In this document: positions 28,778-38,076 of the stretch, piece by piece
Layout of the letters: each line of letters opens with the position of its first letter
Numbering within the stretch: the stretch's first letter is position 1
Assembly (NCBI GenBank): GCA_963725605.1
Contig: CAVRYW010000005.1
Coordinates: 17,907 to 81,906, forward strand
Source: Vulcanimicrobiota bacterium
GTDB taxonomy: Bacteria; Vulcanimicrobiota; Vulcanimicrobiia; Vulcanimicrobiales; Vulcanimicrobiaceae
Direction of reading: 5' to 3'
Length of the DNA: 64,000 nt
Made by a program: the position numbers and the translations under genes
The notes under the pieces: model-generated
Databases searched by the model: none
What the model was told of the DNA's origin: nothing
The model's input: the letters and a program-made list of their open reading frames with translations, nothing else

Positions 28778-30042
28778 GGCGCGAAATCCGCGCGGAAGAG
28801 ATAGCTCCCCGTGACCGCCTTGCAGTTCACGAGTTTTGGCGAATATTTGCTGTGCAGCGCCGCCTCGGCGGCGGACCGATCGATCTGGGCATTGCCGCTC
28901 GACTTCCGCAGGCTCAAGTGGGTGACGCTTCCGTTTGGCGCGATCGTGACGGCGAGAATGACCGTCCCGCCGGCCTTTAATCCGTGCGGCGTCTGTGGTT
29001 GCGCAGGCTCGGTAACCAGCGCATCGACGTTGGGCTTCGCGCAGGCGGCCGCCGCGACGGCCGAGCCCGGTACGGCGGACGTCGAGATGGACGCAGCGGG
29101 AGTAAACGCGAGGGCCGGCGAGAACGCCTCGAGTGCGAGCGTCAGCAGTAGAAAAATCATAACAGTGCCCCCAATGACGAAGTAGTTGACGGTAAGTCCG
29201 CGCGGCGCGCTGCCGGCGAGCCGCTCGATGCGCTCGACCAACTCGTGGCGCGATCCCAGCGCGCTGGGCGTCGCCAGGAGCGCGCGCGTCCGGCAAACGC
29301 GTTGTGCAAGCGTCGCCAGAAAGGCCGCGTACTCGCCTGGGTCTCCGGTGTTTCGAACTGCCCAATCGTCGCATGCGGCTTCGCGCTCCAACACCAAATT
29401 GCGGCCAGCAAAGTGAACCCACGGATTGAAGAAGAGAACTGCCTCGACCAATCGCTGGACGAGATTGCCGGGTACGTCGTGGCGCCGAACGTGCGCGCGC
29501 TCGTGCGCAATCACGCGATCCAGGTCGGTAGCCGCGAGCGTTTCAAAGAGCTGCTTTGGAATAATGATTGCCGGGTTACGGAAGCCCACGGCGATCGGAA
29601 TCGCTACGTCGTCGGAAATCAGAACGTCGCCTGACGTTGGCGACGGTACGGCGTTCTTCCGGATGCGGCCGATGCGGGCCAGGCTCGCGCCGAGCCGAGC
29701 GAGGCAGAGCGCGGCACCCAAGAGCCAGAGGGCCGCAATCCAATGCAACGCCGGAGCGAAGAAACCCGCTGCGCCATGCATCAGCGGCTGCGCCGGAAGG
29801 AGCGAAATCGTCCACCTATACGCCCCAGCGGCGGCGTGAGGTTGTACGGCGGCGAGTAAGAGCGCGCCGGCATTGGAAAAGACGCTCAACACGGGAACGG
29901 CGACCAGCGCGAGCAGCGTCGCGAACCAAACCGCATAGCGCGTCGTTGCATTACGCTGCGGAACGCAGCAATTGACGAGGTACGCGATCGCAACGACCGC
30001 GACGCCCTCCCACAAGCCGTCGAATAAAACGCGAAGGATCAT
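28774..30042 (-). CDS. BlaR1-type M56 peptidase signal transducer fused to a TonB C-terminal-like domain
   Basis: Multi-TM N-terminus, HERAHVRRHD (HExxH) and a C-terminal GGTVILAVTIAPNGSVTHLSLRKSSGNAQIDRSAAEA TonB_C-like segment. Confidence 0.85.
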   Translation of the reverse strand: MILRVLFDGLWEGVAVVAIAYLVNCCVPQRNATTRYAVWFATLLALVAVPVLSVFSNAGALLLAAVQPHAAAGAYRWTISLLPAQPLMHGAAGFFAPALHWIAALWLLGAALCLARLGASLARIGRIRKNAVPSPTSGDVLISDDVAIPIAVGFRNPAIIIPKQLFETLAATDLDRVIAHERAHVRRHDVPGNLVQRLVEAVLFFNPWVHFAGRNLVLEREAACDDWAVRNTGDPGEYAAFLATLAQRVCRTRALLATPSALGSRHELVERIERLAGSAPRGLTVNYFVIGGTVMIFLLLTLALEAFSPALAFTPAASISTSAVPGSAVAAAACAKPNVDALVTEPAQPQTPHGLKAGGTVILAVTIAPNGSVTHLSLRKSSGNAQIDRSAAEAALHSKYSPKLVNCKAVTGSYLFRADFAP

Positions 30043-30425
30043 TTGCCTTTCCTCCTCTGGCGGGCGACCGCGCGCGCAATTTGCGCCAAATCCTCGTCGC
30101 TCAATCGCGCGTCGTCGAGCAGCGTCACGGCCAGCGCGCCTGGCGAGTCGCCGAAGAACCGGCCGAGCAGATTCCCAATGGCCGACTTTGCCGCCTGACG
30201 GCGTTGGACGACCGGGTGGTAGAGAAATGCGCGCCCGTCTTCCTCATGCGCGATGTAGCCCTTTTGTTCGAGCGTTCGCAGCGTGGTAAGCACGGTGCTG
30301 TACGTCAGCGGGGGCGGAGCGAGCCCATCGACCACATCGGCGACGGTCGCGTTCCCTTCGCGCCAGAGCACTTCCATGAGCCGTAGCTCGTGGTCGGTAA
30401 GTACCTGAGATTTCTTACGCGGCAT
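30039..30425 (-). CDS. BlaI/MecI/CopY family transcriptional repressor
   Basis: 128 aa winged-helix protein (LTDHELRLMEVLWREGNATVADVVDGL). 4-nt overlap with the M56 gene. Confidence 0.9.
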   Translation of the reverse strand: MPRKKSQVLTDHELRLMEVLWREGNATVADVVDGLAPPPLTYSTVLTTLRTLEQKGYIAHEEDGRAFLYHPVVQRRQAAKSAIGNLLGRFFGDSPGALAVTLLDDARLSDEDLAQIARAVARQRRKGK

Positions 30426-30444
30426 TCCCAGTGCTGGCTTTCCG

Positions 30445-30466
30445 TACTATTAGTTTCATAATAGTA
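30445..30466. promoter_or_regulatory. Candidate BlaI-type operator 1: TACTATTA-N6-TAATAGTA perfect palindrome
   Basis: Read directly, 20 nt upstream of the repressor start codon. Confidence 0.55.
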
Positions 30467-30491
30467 GGATAGCCGCTGGGGAATCGCCTGT

Positions 30492-30512
30492 CAACTAGTT
30501 TACTAATAGTTG
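30492..30512. promoter_or_regulatory. Candidate operator 2: CAACTA-N9-TAGTTG, sharing the ACTAnTAGT core with operator 1
   Basis: Read directly. The sequence is AT-rich in an otherwise GC-rich intergenic region. Confidence 0.45.
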
Positions 30513-30528
30513 TTGAGAAGTGCGACGC

Positions 30529-31548
30529 TTAACTGTTCTCCGGATGGGCGACGGCATACGCCGTCACGGCGCCGTCGACCGCGGCCTTGAGCGACGTGCC
30601 TTTGCCGACCTCGCGTTCGAGCGGCGCGCCGAAGCAGGTATAGACGAGCAAGACGAACGTTACCGTCAGGTGGTTGTGACCGGCCGGCGTCTCGGCCAGC
30701 GTGCTTGATGCGATCGTGTTGTTGCGGTTGGCTCCGCAGATTGCATCCGCGGATTCCGCCGCGGGCGACGTCACGGCCGTCATCTGCGTAACGAACCGGC
30801 GGTCGAGCGCGAGGTAGAGCTCCCGCAACGCATTCGAGAGCTCCGCCGGAACGACGTATCCCGAAGCCGCGACGGGCGCAATGATGATGCCGCGCGACGG
30901 CTTGACCACCGGAGTGGGCGATGGTTTCGCGCCGCCCTTATGCTTGAAAACGGAGTCGACGATGTTCGAGATGCCCGAGAGCGGTACTTGCGCACCATTG
31001 CTGGAGGTCGGCGCGGGGGTGTTAGCGGTCTGCGTTCCGACGTTTTGAGTCTCGCGCCCGACGAAGGCCAGAATCTGCGAGCGCGCGAGCAGCGATTGCG
31101 ACGCGACGTCGGCGACGCTGGAGACCTGCGCCGTCTGAGAGAAGAGAATGACCCCGCTCTCGACGCTCACGACCTGTTCGACGACGGCGGCGGACTCCCC
31201 GACCGGCGTCACATAGCCGCTGATATAAAAGTCTGCTTTTTCGGCGCGGGCATTGTCGAGAAAGCTGGGGCGTTTTACTGCCGCGGGGATCGGCAGCACC
31301 GTAATCCCGCCCGCCGCCACCATCTCCTGGCCGAGGATCTGCGCGATCGCGGTGCCGAGCCGCGGATCTGCGCCCGTTTGCACGTCGAAGGGATAGACCA
31401 GGACGACGGGCTGCTGTTCGAGCGAAGAGGGAGGCGGCGAGGGTTGGGGTGCGGGCGCCGGTGCCGGCGTCGCCGCGACGACGAAGCCGAGGAGCGAGCA
31501 CGCGAGAATCAAGCCGGCTATTCGGCGCACGAAGGGTGTTTCAGCCAT
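30529..31548 (-). CDS. Exported hypothetical protein (339 aa) with Pro-rich linker
   Basis: The start at MAETPFVRRIAGLILACSLLGFVVAA overlaps the upstream gene end by 8 nt. The longer ORF-track N-terminus is Arg/Ser-rich and unlikely. Confidence 0.7.
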   Translation of the reverse strand: MAETPFVRRIAGLILACSLLGFVVAATPAPAPAPQPSPPPSSLEQQPVVLVYPFDVQTGADPRLGTAIAQILGQEMVAAGGITVLPIPAAVKRPSFLDNARAEKADFYISGYVTPVGESAAVVEQVVSVESGVILFSQTAQVSSVADVASQSLLARSQILAFVGRETQNVGTQTANTPAPTSSNGAQVPLSGISNIVDSVFKHKGGAKPSPTPVVKPSRGIIIAPVAASGYVVPAELSNALRELYLALDRRFVTQMTAVTSPAAESADAICGANRNNTIASSTLAETPAGHNHLTVTFVLLVYTCFGAPLEREVGKGTSLKAAVDGAVTAYAVAHPENS

Positions 31549-32368
31549 CAACCGACGCCTCTTCGCGCGCGGCGGCTTGATATCCGGTCGAAAGCGCGAT
31601 GCTGTACTCCGCCCCAAAGAGAAAGATCGAGCCGATGCAGTAGAACCAGAGCAGCAACACAAGCGGCGCGGAGAGGGCCCCGTAGATGAGCGTGAAGTCC
31701 ACATGCGTCAGGTACGCCGCGAAGGCGTATTGCACCGCGGGCCAAGCGACGGCAACCACCGTGGCCCCGCGCAGGGCGAACGCCCAGGAGTTACGGCGAT
31801 TGGGCAACCAGCGATAGAGCACGACCGCGACGATAAAGACCAGTGCGATCGAGATCAAGTACGCCAAGATGTGCGTCACGCGGCGCGGATCGTGAATTCC
31901 GGCGACGTGAAACGAAATTGAAAGTACGATCGGTAGCGCGATGGCAATCAGCAAGAGTATTCCGGTCACCGGAAGCATGACGACCGAGAGTAACAGATTA
32001 TGCACGAGCGGCCGCCCTTTCGGAACGGCGAGTGCACGGTCGAGCGCAAAGGCGAGGCCCATGAAAAGATTCTTGCCCGACCAGAGCAGGAACGCGGCGG
32101 CGATCAGGCTCGAGATGCCGCGTCCATAGATGTACGTTTGCAGGTTCTTGGCGATGTAGTCGTGCAGCGGTGGGGCCAGCGTATTCACGAGGAATAAGGT
32201 CCGACGCTCCGCATCGGGAAAGAGCAGCGTCGCGGCACTCAGTACGAGAACCACGAGTGGGAAGAGCGCAAAAAGGGCGTTGAACGCGATCGATTGCGCG
32301 TGGAAGGCGCACCCATCGCGAGAGAAACGCACCAGGGCGTCACGAAAAGCGGAGATGAGTCGCCGCAT
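31541..32368 (-). CDS. YihY/BrkB family membrane protein
   Basis: MRRLISAFRDALVRFSRDGCAFHAQSIAFNALFALFPL N-terminus with about 6 TM segments. Confidence 0.8.
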   Translation of the reverse strand: MRRLISAFRDALVRFSRDGCAFHAQSIAFNALFALFPLVVLVLSAATLLFPDAERRTLFLVNTLAPPLHDYIAKNLQTYIYGRGISSLIAAAFLLWSGKNLFMGLAFALDRALAVPKGRPLVHNLLLSVVMLPVTGILLLIAIALPIVLSISFHVAGIHDPRRVTHILAYLISIALVFIVAVVLYRWLPNRRNSWAFALRGATVVAVAWPAVQYAFAAYLTHVDFTLIYGALSAPLVLLLWFYCIGSIFLFGAEYSIALSTGYQAAAREEASVDG

Positions 32369-32391
32369 CGCAAGCGGTATATCGTTGGAAC

Positions 32392-32877
32392 GTGCCGCTA
32401 TTCCCACCGGTTCCGGTAGCGATTCTGGTCGATGGCCGCCCGCTCGCAAGCTACGTACGCGCGTACGTGGCGGGCGGACGGGTTTTAGCACCGGTCACCC
32501 CACTGTTGACGCGATTGGCCGACCGCGTCTGGTACGAAGGCGACACGCTGGTCATCGAACGCGGTGCGCGGCGCGTGCGCGTTCCTCTTGAAAGAACCTT
32601 TCCGGAGCAGTTCGACGGTGCGTACATCGCGATCGGACCCGTTCTGCGAGCGCTGGGGGCGTCGCTCTGCTGGGAACCCAAACGCCGTCGTCTGATCGTA
32701 CGGCTTCCCGAGCGAGGCAACGTTGCAACGCCGACGCCCTTCGATCCGATGGCACCGTCGGCACCCCCGGCGACGGTCTTCACACCCTCACCGCCCGTGA
32801 CTCCGCGGCCGGTCTGGACCGGCTCGCCGCTTCCTCGACGGACCCCGCTGCCGCTTCCTCCGCCGCGCCCGGGATGA
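32392..32877 (+). CDS. Copper-amine-oxidase N-terminal ('stalk') domain-like protein with Pro-rich tail
   Basis: VAILVDGRPL...RVLAPVTPLL and AYIAIGPVLRALGASLCWEPKRRRLIV fit the stalk-domain pattern. GTG start. The 3' end overlaps the convergent gene. Confidence 0.6.
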   Translation: MPLFPPVPVAILVDGRPLASYVRAYVAGGRVLAPVTPLLTRLADRVWYEGDTLVIERGARRVRVPLERTFPEQFDGAYIAIGPVLRALGASLCWEPKRRRLIVRLPERGNVATPTPFDPMAPSAPPATVFTPSPPVTPRPVWTGSPLPRRTPLPLPPPRPG

Positions 32878-33841
32878 GGACCACTTTTCCAAGCTCGCCG
32901 CCGGCGACGCGTTCGTATGCTTCTCGTGCGGCCGCGAGCGGAAAGCGTGCCGCTACCGGCGGGGGCGTAAGCACTCGCGACTCGAAGAGCGGCCCGAACT
33001 TCCCGTAGAGCTGCGCAATCTGTGCGAGATCGAGCTGGGCCGTATCGAGCCCAAAGAGTTGCAGCCGGCGCCGGTAGAGCATGAAGAGGTCGAGCTGGAC
33101 TTCCCGGCCGGCAGCGGCCGAGAAGACGACCATGCGTCCTCCCTTTCGCAGTGAATCCGCGAGCTGGGCAAAGACCGGCGCGCCGACGCCGTTGAGGGCT
33201 ACGTCGGCCCCGGTTCCCCCGGTGAGCTCCTGGACTGCCTTGGGGACGTCGTCGATGTCCGAACGCAAGACCGCCTCAACGTTCAGGCCGTGCAGCGGCG
33301 GACCGAGATCGACGCTTGAAAGATCCATGGCGACGGCGTGACCGCCCAGGGCGTTCACCAGTGCGATCGCCGCAGATCCGACGCTGCCGCCCGCTCCGGA
33401 GACGACGACCCATCCCCCCGCCTGGAATTGCGCGAGTTCGACCAGCGCGCTCCACGCGGCCACGAAGGGCACGCCGGTGACGGCGGCCGCCTCTGCGGTC
33501 AAGTGGGAAGGACGCGCGATCACCGCGTCGAGCGGCAGCAGCATGTGCTCGGCGTGGGAGCCGTCCTGGGTCATTCCGAGAATACCGCCGCCCGAACCCC
33601 AGACCTTTATGCCGATCGCGCTGTCCGGTCCCTGGATAACTCGGCCGGCGAAATCGCGACCGAGAATCCGCGGCAACGTGACCTGCGAGAAATGACCCAA
33701 TGCGACGCCCGTGTCGCTGGGATTGACGCCCGCTGCCTCGATTTCGACGCGCACGTAACCCGCGGGGAGCGGCGCGTCTTGCACCTGGCTGACTTGCAAG
33801 TTTTCGAGCGGACCGAACTGCTCGATTCGTAGCGCCTTCAC
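32780..33841 (-). CDS. Zinc-type alcohol dehydrogenase / quinone oxidoreductase family protein
   Basis: GTG start overlapping the upstream stop (GTGA). VKALRIEQFGP, GVNPSD, GAGGSVGSAAIALV Rossmann motif and GKVVLIP near the C-terminus. Confidence 0.85.
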   Translation of the reverse strand: MKALRIEQFGPLENLQVSQVQDAPLPAGYVRVEIEAAGVNPSDTGVALGHFSQVTLPRILGRDFAGRVIQGPDSAIGIKVWGSGGGILGMTQDGSHAEHMLLPLDAVIARPSHLTAEAAAVTGVPFVAAWSALVELAQFQAGGWVVVSGAGGSVGSAAIALVNALGGHAVAMDLSSVDLGPPLHGLNVEAVLRSDIDDVPKAVQELTGGTGADVALNGVGAPVFAQLADSLRKGGRMVVFSAAAGREVQLDLFMLYRRRLQLFGLDTAQLDLAQIAQLYGKFGPLFESRVLTPPPVAARFPLAAAREAYERVAGGELGKVVLIPGAAEEAAAGSVEEAASRSRPAAESRAVRV

Positions 33842-34665
33842 GCGTTGCCGGCGACGGGTACGCGAGCGCTTGCGACCGGAACCATCCACACGGCATATCG
33901 CATCGGGTCGTGAATGTTCGCGATCATCGCATCGAAGTAAGCGATCGCAGATTCTTGGCTGATCGACGTCAACTCGCCGATCGCCCCGGCGTATCCGTCG
34001 CGCCACGCCTCGATAATCGTTGCAAACGTGTCGCGCGGGACGCGGATCGTATCGACTACGATGTAGTCGATTGCAATCTGCTCCAAACCGAGCGCGGAGA
34101 GTATTCCGAACGTGTATCGACCGATCGAGAGATCGATATTCATGGCGCGCTCCATGGCGCGCGGGCCCTCGTGCCAAAAGTCTCCCGGGTCGAGCTCGCC
34201 GCGCGCAAAATGCAGCATCCCATAATCCTCGACGATGAGATGCAAATAGCCTCCCGGCCGCGTCACGCGCGCCAGCTCTGCGATGACCGCATCGGCCTGC
34301 GGAATCGAATGAAGCACGTGACGACAGACGGTCAGATCGAAACTGCCGGTCTGCGCGTCCAGTGCGAAGATGCTTTGATGTTCGAAGGTTAGCCGCGACG
34401 CCAAATCCGCGTAGCGCGAGCGCGCTCGTTGTAAGTGATCGTCGAGAATGTCGACGGCCAAAATACGCGCGTGGGGAAAGAGCGCAGCGAGACGCGATGC
34501 ACCTTCACCCGTGCCGCAACCGGCATCGAGAATGGAGGCCTCCAGCGGCAGCCCGTAGCGTAGGAGCAGCGCGACTTCCTGCGGCCAGATCGCCCGCGCC
34601 TGAGCGTCCAGGTTTCGCACCATGGAATCGTCGGCCATCTGCCGAGCCTGGGGGTTGCGATCCAC
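33838..34665 (-). CDS. Class I SAM-dependent methyltransferase
   Basis: Motif I ILDAGCGTGEGASRL and post-I ARILAVDI. Confidence 0.85.
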   Translation of the reverse strand: MDRNPQARQMADDSMVRNLDAQARAIWPQEVALLLRYGLPLEASILDAGCGTGEGASRLAALFPHARILAVDILDDHLQRARSRYADLASRLTFEHQSIFALDAQTGSFDLTVCRHVLHSIPQADAVIAELARVTRPGGYLHLIVEDYGMLHFARGELDPGDFWHEGPRAMERAMNIDLSIGRYTFGILSALGLEQIAIDYIVVDTIRVPRDTFATIIEAWRDGYAGAIGELTSISQESAIAYFDAMIANIHDPMRYAVWMVPVASARVPVAGNA

Positions 34666-35504
34666 TAGCGCAATCCGACGGCGCCGAGATCGCGATCGCC
34701 CAGGCCGCGATCCGAAACGCTACGCGTCAGGGCTTCCATCGCATCGATCACCGGTAGGCGTTCGTGGTGGGCCGCGGCCTGCATGAGCGCGGCATCCTTA
34801 TGCGCCATATCGATGCTCCAGAACGGATCGTAATCGTCCTCGACCATGCGTTTTCCGCGGCCGCGAATCTGGCCCGTCGGATCGTAGAAGTCGAAGAGCT
34901 CGTAGGCTCGTGCGCGAGACACGTCTTGCTCCTCCGCCATGCGCAGCGCATCGTTGATGCCGCCGACGACCGCCAGAATCATGGCGTTGCCCATGAGTTT
35001 ATAGATGGCGGCGAGATCCGCGCGCTCGCCGACATAACGCAAGTCGCTGCACATCGCCTGCAACGCAACGCGAAGGCGCGCGAAGAGCGACAGATCGCCG
35101 GATGCCATCATCACGCCCTTGCACTCCAACGCCATCGGCGGTCCCATGAAGACTGGCGCGTGAAGCAGCGCGTGACCCGACCCTTCGAGCCGCGCGACCC
35201 GCTGCGCGACTCGTTGCGGCAGCACGGTCGAATGGTCCACGATGGGACAGTCCGTCGTAATTCCGGGAAGTGCGGCCTCTAACACGGCGTCGACGCCGGC
35301 GTCATCGGCCAAGCAGAGGTGAACGAGCTCTGCGCCGGCGGCCGCCTCGACGGGGTCGGTGAACGCGCGAGCGCCGTCCGACTCGAGCGCCTGGGCTCTC
35401 GCTGCGGAACGATTCCAGACGTGCACCGTCAGACCGCGACGCAACATCGCGCGAATCATCGCCGAGCCGAGCATGCCGGCACCATAGAAGGCAACGGTTT
35501 CCAC
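34665..35504 (-). CDS. NAD(P)-dependent oxidoreductase, 3-hydroxyisobutyrate/6-phosphogluconate dehydrogenase-like
   Basis: N-terminal Rossmann VAFYGAGMLGSAMIRAML. Length and helical C-domain are consistent. Confidence 0.8.
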   Translation of the reverse strand: METVAFYGAGMLGSAMIRAMLRRGLTVHVWNRSAARAQALESDGARAFTDPVEAAAGAELVHLCLADDAGVDAVLEAALPGITTDCPIVDHSTVLPQRVAQRVARLEGSGHALLHAPVFMGPPMALECKGVMMASGDLSLFARLRVALQAMCSDLRYVGERADLAAIYKLMGNAMILAVVGGINDALRMAEEQDVSRARAYELFDFYDPTGQIRGRGKRMVEDDYDPFWSIDMAHKDAALMQAAAHHERLPVIDAMEALTRSVSDRGLGDRDLGAVGLR

Positions 35505-35509
35505 CGGCG

Positions 35510-36010
35510 TTACTCCGCCTTATGGGCCGGCCGGCGCAGGAGCAGATTGAGACCGGCGACGACGACCGCGGCCGCGAATGCGTACCAAATCTGCGTGGAA
35601 TCGGTAAGGAACTGCAGATTGAACGCGCTATCGAGCGAGTAGAGTCCGCTTCCCGCGAATGCGACCGCGAGTGCGCCGGCGATATAGACCGCGTTGAGCT
35701 CCCAGCCGCCGTTGGTTACAAAGAAGCCTTTGGTAATATGAACGGATCCGATCGCGACGAGCATCACGAGGACGATCAGTGCCGGGCCGAGCGCACCGCC
35801 CAGCCCGAGCGCGGTCAATAGACCGCCGGCCGTCTCTCCGAGACCCGCCATCAGCGCGAACATTTTTCCGGGACGAAAGCCGAGATTTTCGAAGAACCCG
35901 CCGGTCGCGTCGAGCCCATGTCCTCCGAACCAGCCGAACAACTTCTGCGTGCCGTGGGCCGCTAAGCCAAGCCCAAGGATCAGTCGAACGATTAACAGCG
36001 CAATGCTCAT
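35510..36010 (-). CDS. DoxX family membrane protein
   Basis: 166 aa with four TM segments and the AHGTQKLFGWFGG motif. Confidence 0.8.
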   Translation of the reverse strand: MSIALLIVRLILGLGLAAHGTQKLFGWFGGHGLDATGGFFENLGFRPGKMFALMAGLGETAGGLLTALGLGGALGPALIVLVMLVAIGSVHITKGFFVTNGGWELNAVYIAGALAVAFAGSGLYSLDSAFNLQFLTDSTQIWYAFAAAVVVAGLNLLLRRPAHKAE

Positions 36011-36044
36011 AATCTCTTTCTCCCCCGATTTATGCGAATAAAGC

Positions 36045-36980
36045 TCACGCTCCGTTCTTGCCCACGAGATCTTGGACGAGAACGAATTGGATGCCGAGCG
36101 CCTGTAGCCTGGGAATCATCGCGCGGACTGCCTCCAGAGTCGTCGGGCGCGGATGCCCGATCGCGATGGCGCTGCCGGTGCGCTGCGCGATCGCTGCGGC
36201 CTGCGAAAGCTGCGCTTCGCTATACGCCACGTCGGCCCGATTATCCAAAAAGACGTCGCGCGCCGCGGTTGGAACTCCCATTTGGCGCGCGGTGTCCTCT
36301 CCGACCGACGCTGCGTTGGTCTTCGAATCGATGAAGAACAGGTTGTGCTCTGCGAGCACGCCGATGACCGCGCGCATCACGCGGGGATCGGCGGAGGCTT
36401 TGCTGCCCTCGTGATTGTTCACGCCGCGTGCGAGCGGAACTTCCGCGAGGTCGCTCTGAACTTGCGCGACGATTTGCGTGTCGCTCATCTCGGTGGTGAC
36501 TTTCCCGGGGCCCGGATTGAGGCCGGAGAGCGTCTCCATCGGAAGATGCAGCATGACACCTTTCCCGGCGTGGGACGCTTCGGTGGCGATGACGCTCGTG
36601 TACGGGACGTCGGGCAAGACCGAGAGCGTCAACGGTATTTCTAAGGCGACGAATCCACGCTCGGTTGTGATCCATTGGCCGCAATCGTCCACGATCAGCG
36701 CAAGCTTCGGACCTTGCGCGTTCGCGGCAGGTGTGGAGGTGGGCGACGCCGCCGGCACTGCGGACGGCAACCGAGTCGCCGCAGGCGGTGCGACCGGTGT
36801 CGCCGCCGGAGCCGGCGGCTCCGCGGACGGCGCCAGCGTGTGGAAGACGTAGTGAATGACCGGGTGCGGTTTGGGCCGCAGAAGCCACCATCCGGCGACG
36901 GCTGCGAAAAAGATCAATACGATCAGCGAAACGAGCGGCCCCATGCGGGAGCCGGAGCGTCGCGAAGCTCTCCTCGGCAC
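36045..36980 (-). CDS. Divergent polysaccharide deacetylase (YibQ-like) family protein, membrane-anchored
   Basis: [23 protein letters not shown] and NHEGSKA motifs, with an N-terminal TM anchor. Confidence 0.8.
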   Translation of the reverse strand: MPRRASRRSGSRMGPLVSLIVLIFFAAVAGWWLLRPKPHPVIHYVFHTLAPSAEPPAPAATPVAPPAATRLPSAVPAASPTSTPAANAQGPKLALIVDDCGQWITTERGFVALEIPLTLSVLPDVPYTSVIATEASHAGKGVMLHLPMETLSGLNPGPGKVTTEMSDTQIVAQVQSDLAEVPLARGVNNHEGSKASADPRVMRAVIGVLAEHNLFFIDSKTNAASVGEDTARQMGVPTAARDVFLDNRADVAYSEAQLSQAAAIAQRTGSAIAIGHPRPTTLEAVRAMIPRLQALGIQFVLVQDLVGKNGA

Positions 36981-37040
36981 CGGAGCTCGTTATTCGGCAA
37001 TCCAGGATATGGCCCTCGCCGGGATGTAGCAGTGCGTCCT

Positions 37041-37805
37041 ATGCAATTACAGGGAAAGACATTTGTCGTTACCGGCGGCAGCTCCGGTCTGGGAGCCGCC
37101 TGCGTTAGGGAGTTCGCGCGGGCCGGCGCAAACATCGTTATTTGCGACGTCAGCGACCGCGGAAACGAATTGGCGCGCGAGCTCGGCGCCGCCGTTCGCT
37201 TCGCGCGAACCGACGTCACCGACAGCGCGCAAGTTCAAAGCGCGGTAGATCTGGCGGCGGAAGCGTTCGGCGCGCTGCACGGTGCGATCAACTGTGCGGG
37301 CATCGCTACGGCCGAACGGGTCATCGGCCGCGAGGGTCCGCTGCCCTTAGAGCGCTTTTCGAAGGTCATCGCGGTAAATTTGATCGGTACGTTCAACGTC
37401 ATTCGATTGGCGGCGGCAAAAATGATCGAACGCCCGGTCGAACCGCTCGAGGATCGCGGCGTCATCATCTGCACCGCATCGGTAGCCGCCTACGACGGGC
37501 AGATCGGTCAGGCCGCCTATGCAGCCTCGAAAGGCGGCGTCGTGGGGCTCACGCTTCCGGTGGCGCGCGAGTTCGCGCAGCATCAGATTCGCGTGATGAG
37601 CATCGCGCCGGGAATCTTCGACACGCCGATGCTGGCAGGCTTGCCCGAACCCGCGCGCGAGTCGTTGGGTAAGCAGGTTCCGTTCCCGTCGCGCCTTGGA
37701 AATCCGGCGGAATATGCGGCGCTGGCGCGGCACATCGCCGAGAACCAGATGCTCAACGGCGAAGTGATACGCCTCGACGGCGCGATCCGAATGGCGCCGC
37801 GTTAG
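37041..37805 (+). CDS. Short-chain dehydrogenase, 3-hydroxyacyl-CoA dehydrogenase type-2-like
   Basis: The ATG at 37041 gives [28 protein letters not shown] is the catalytic motif. The upstream part of the ORF is Arg-rich antisense read-through. Confidence 0.85.
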   Translation: MQLQGKTFVVTGGSSGLGAACVREFARAGANIVICDVSDRGNELARELGAAVRFARTDVTDSAQVQSAVDLAAEAFGALHGAINCAGIATAERVIGREGPLPLERFSKVIAVNLIGTFNVIRLAAAKMIERPVEPLEDRGVIICTASVAAYDGQIGQAAYAASKGGVVGLTLPVAREFAQHQIRVMSIAPGIFDTPMLAGLPEPARESLGKQVPFPSRLGNPAEYAALARHIAENQMLNGEVIRLDGAIRMAPR

Positions 37806-37817
37806 CTAACACCGGTC

Positions 37818-37846
37818 TTGACGGGGGTAAACCGCGCCCCTATAAT
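37818..37846 (+). promoter_or_regulatory. Near-consensus sigma-70 promoter TTGACG-17 nt-TATAAT
   Basis: TTGACG at 37818-37823, a 17-nt spacer and TATAAT at 37841-37846. It is followed by an unusually A-rich leader (AAATTAAAAAATAACGAAGAGAAAAAAAGAAATAGG). Confidence 0.6.
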
Positions 37847-37924
37847 TATTTGGCCCGCGCCGGCACCCGGCTCTGGCGACTATCATCGAAATTAAAAAAT
37901 AACGAAGAGAAAAAAAGAAATAGG

Positions 37925-38071
37925 GTGTTCGCGGTTACTTCCGTGAGATTGAATAGGGTATTGCCTGAAGTGCGCGCCGTTTTGAGTTCGCCGGCCAGTC
38001 CAGCGGATTTCAGGCCGGTAGCTATTCGCGGGGAAGCACTTTCAGCGACGGTATTAAGAGACAGGCGTTAG
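37925..38071 (+). CDS. Putative antitoxin (48 aa) upstream of the PIN toxin
   Basis: GTG at 37925 after a purine-rich leader. The stop lies 5 nt before the toxin start, and the C-terminus is RPVAIRGEALSATVLRDRR. The start and function are uncertain. Confidence 0.35.
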   Translation: MFAVTSVRLNRVLPEVRAVLSSPASPADFRPVAIRGEALSATVLRDRR

Positions 38072-38076
38072 GACGG

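Noticed and set aside
28427-29422. 331-aa minus-strand ORF in an alternative frame of the BlaR1-like gene
   Set aside because: The 422-aa frame carries TM helices, HExxH and a TonB_C-like domain. The alternative frame is Arg-rich.
36675-37040. N-terminal 122 codons of the 376-aa SDR ORF
   Set aside because: This is an Arg-rich stretch antisense to the YibQ-like gene. The SDR begins naturally at [13 protein letters not shown] (ATG 37041).
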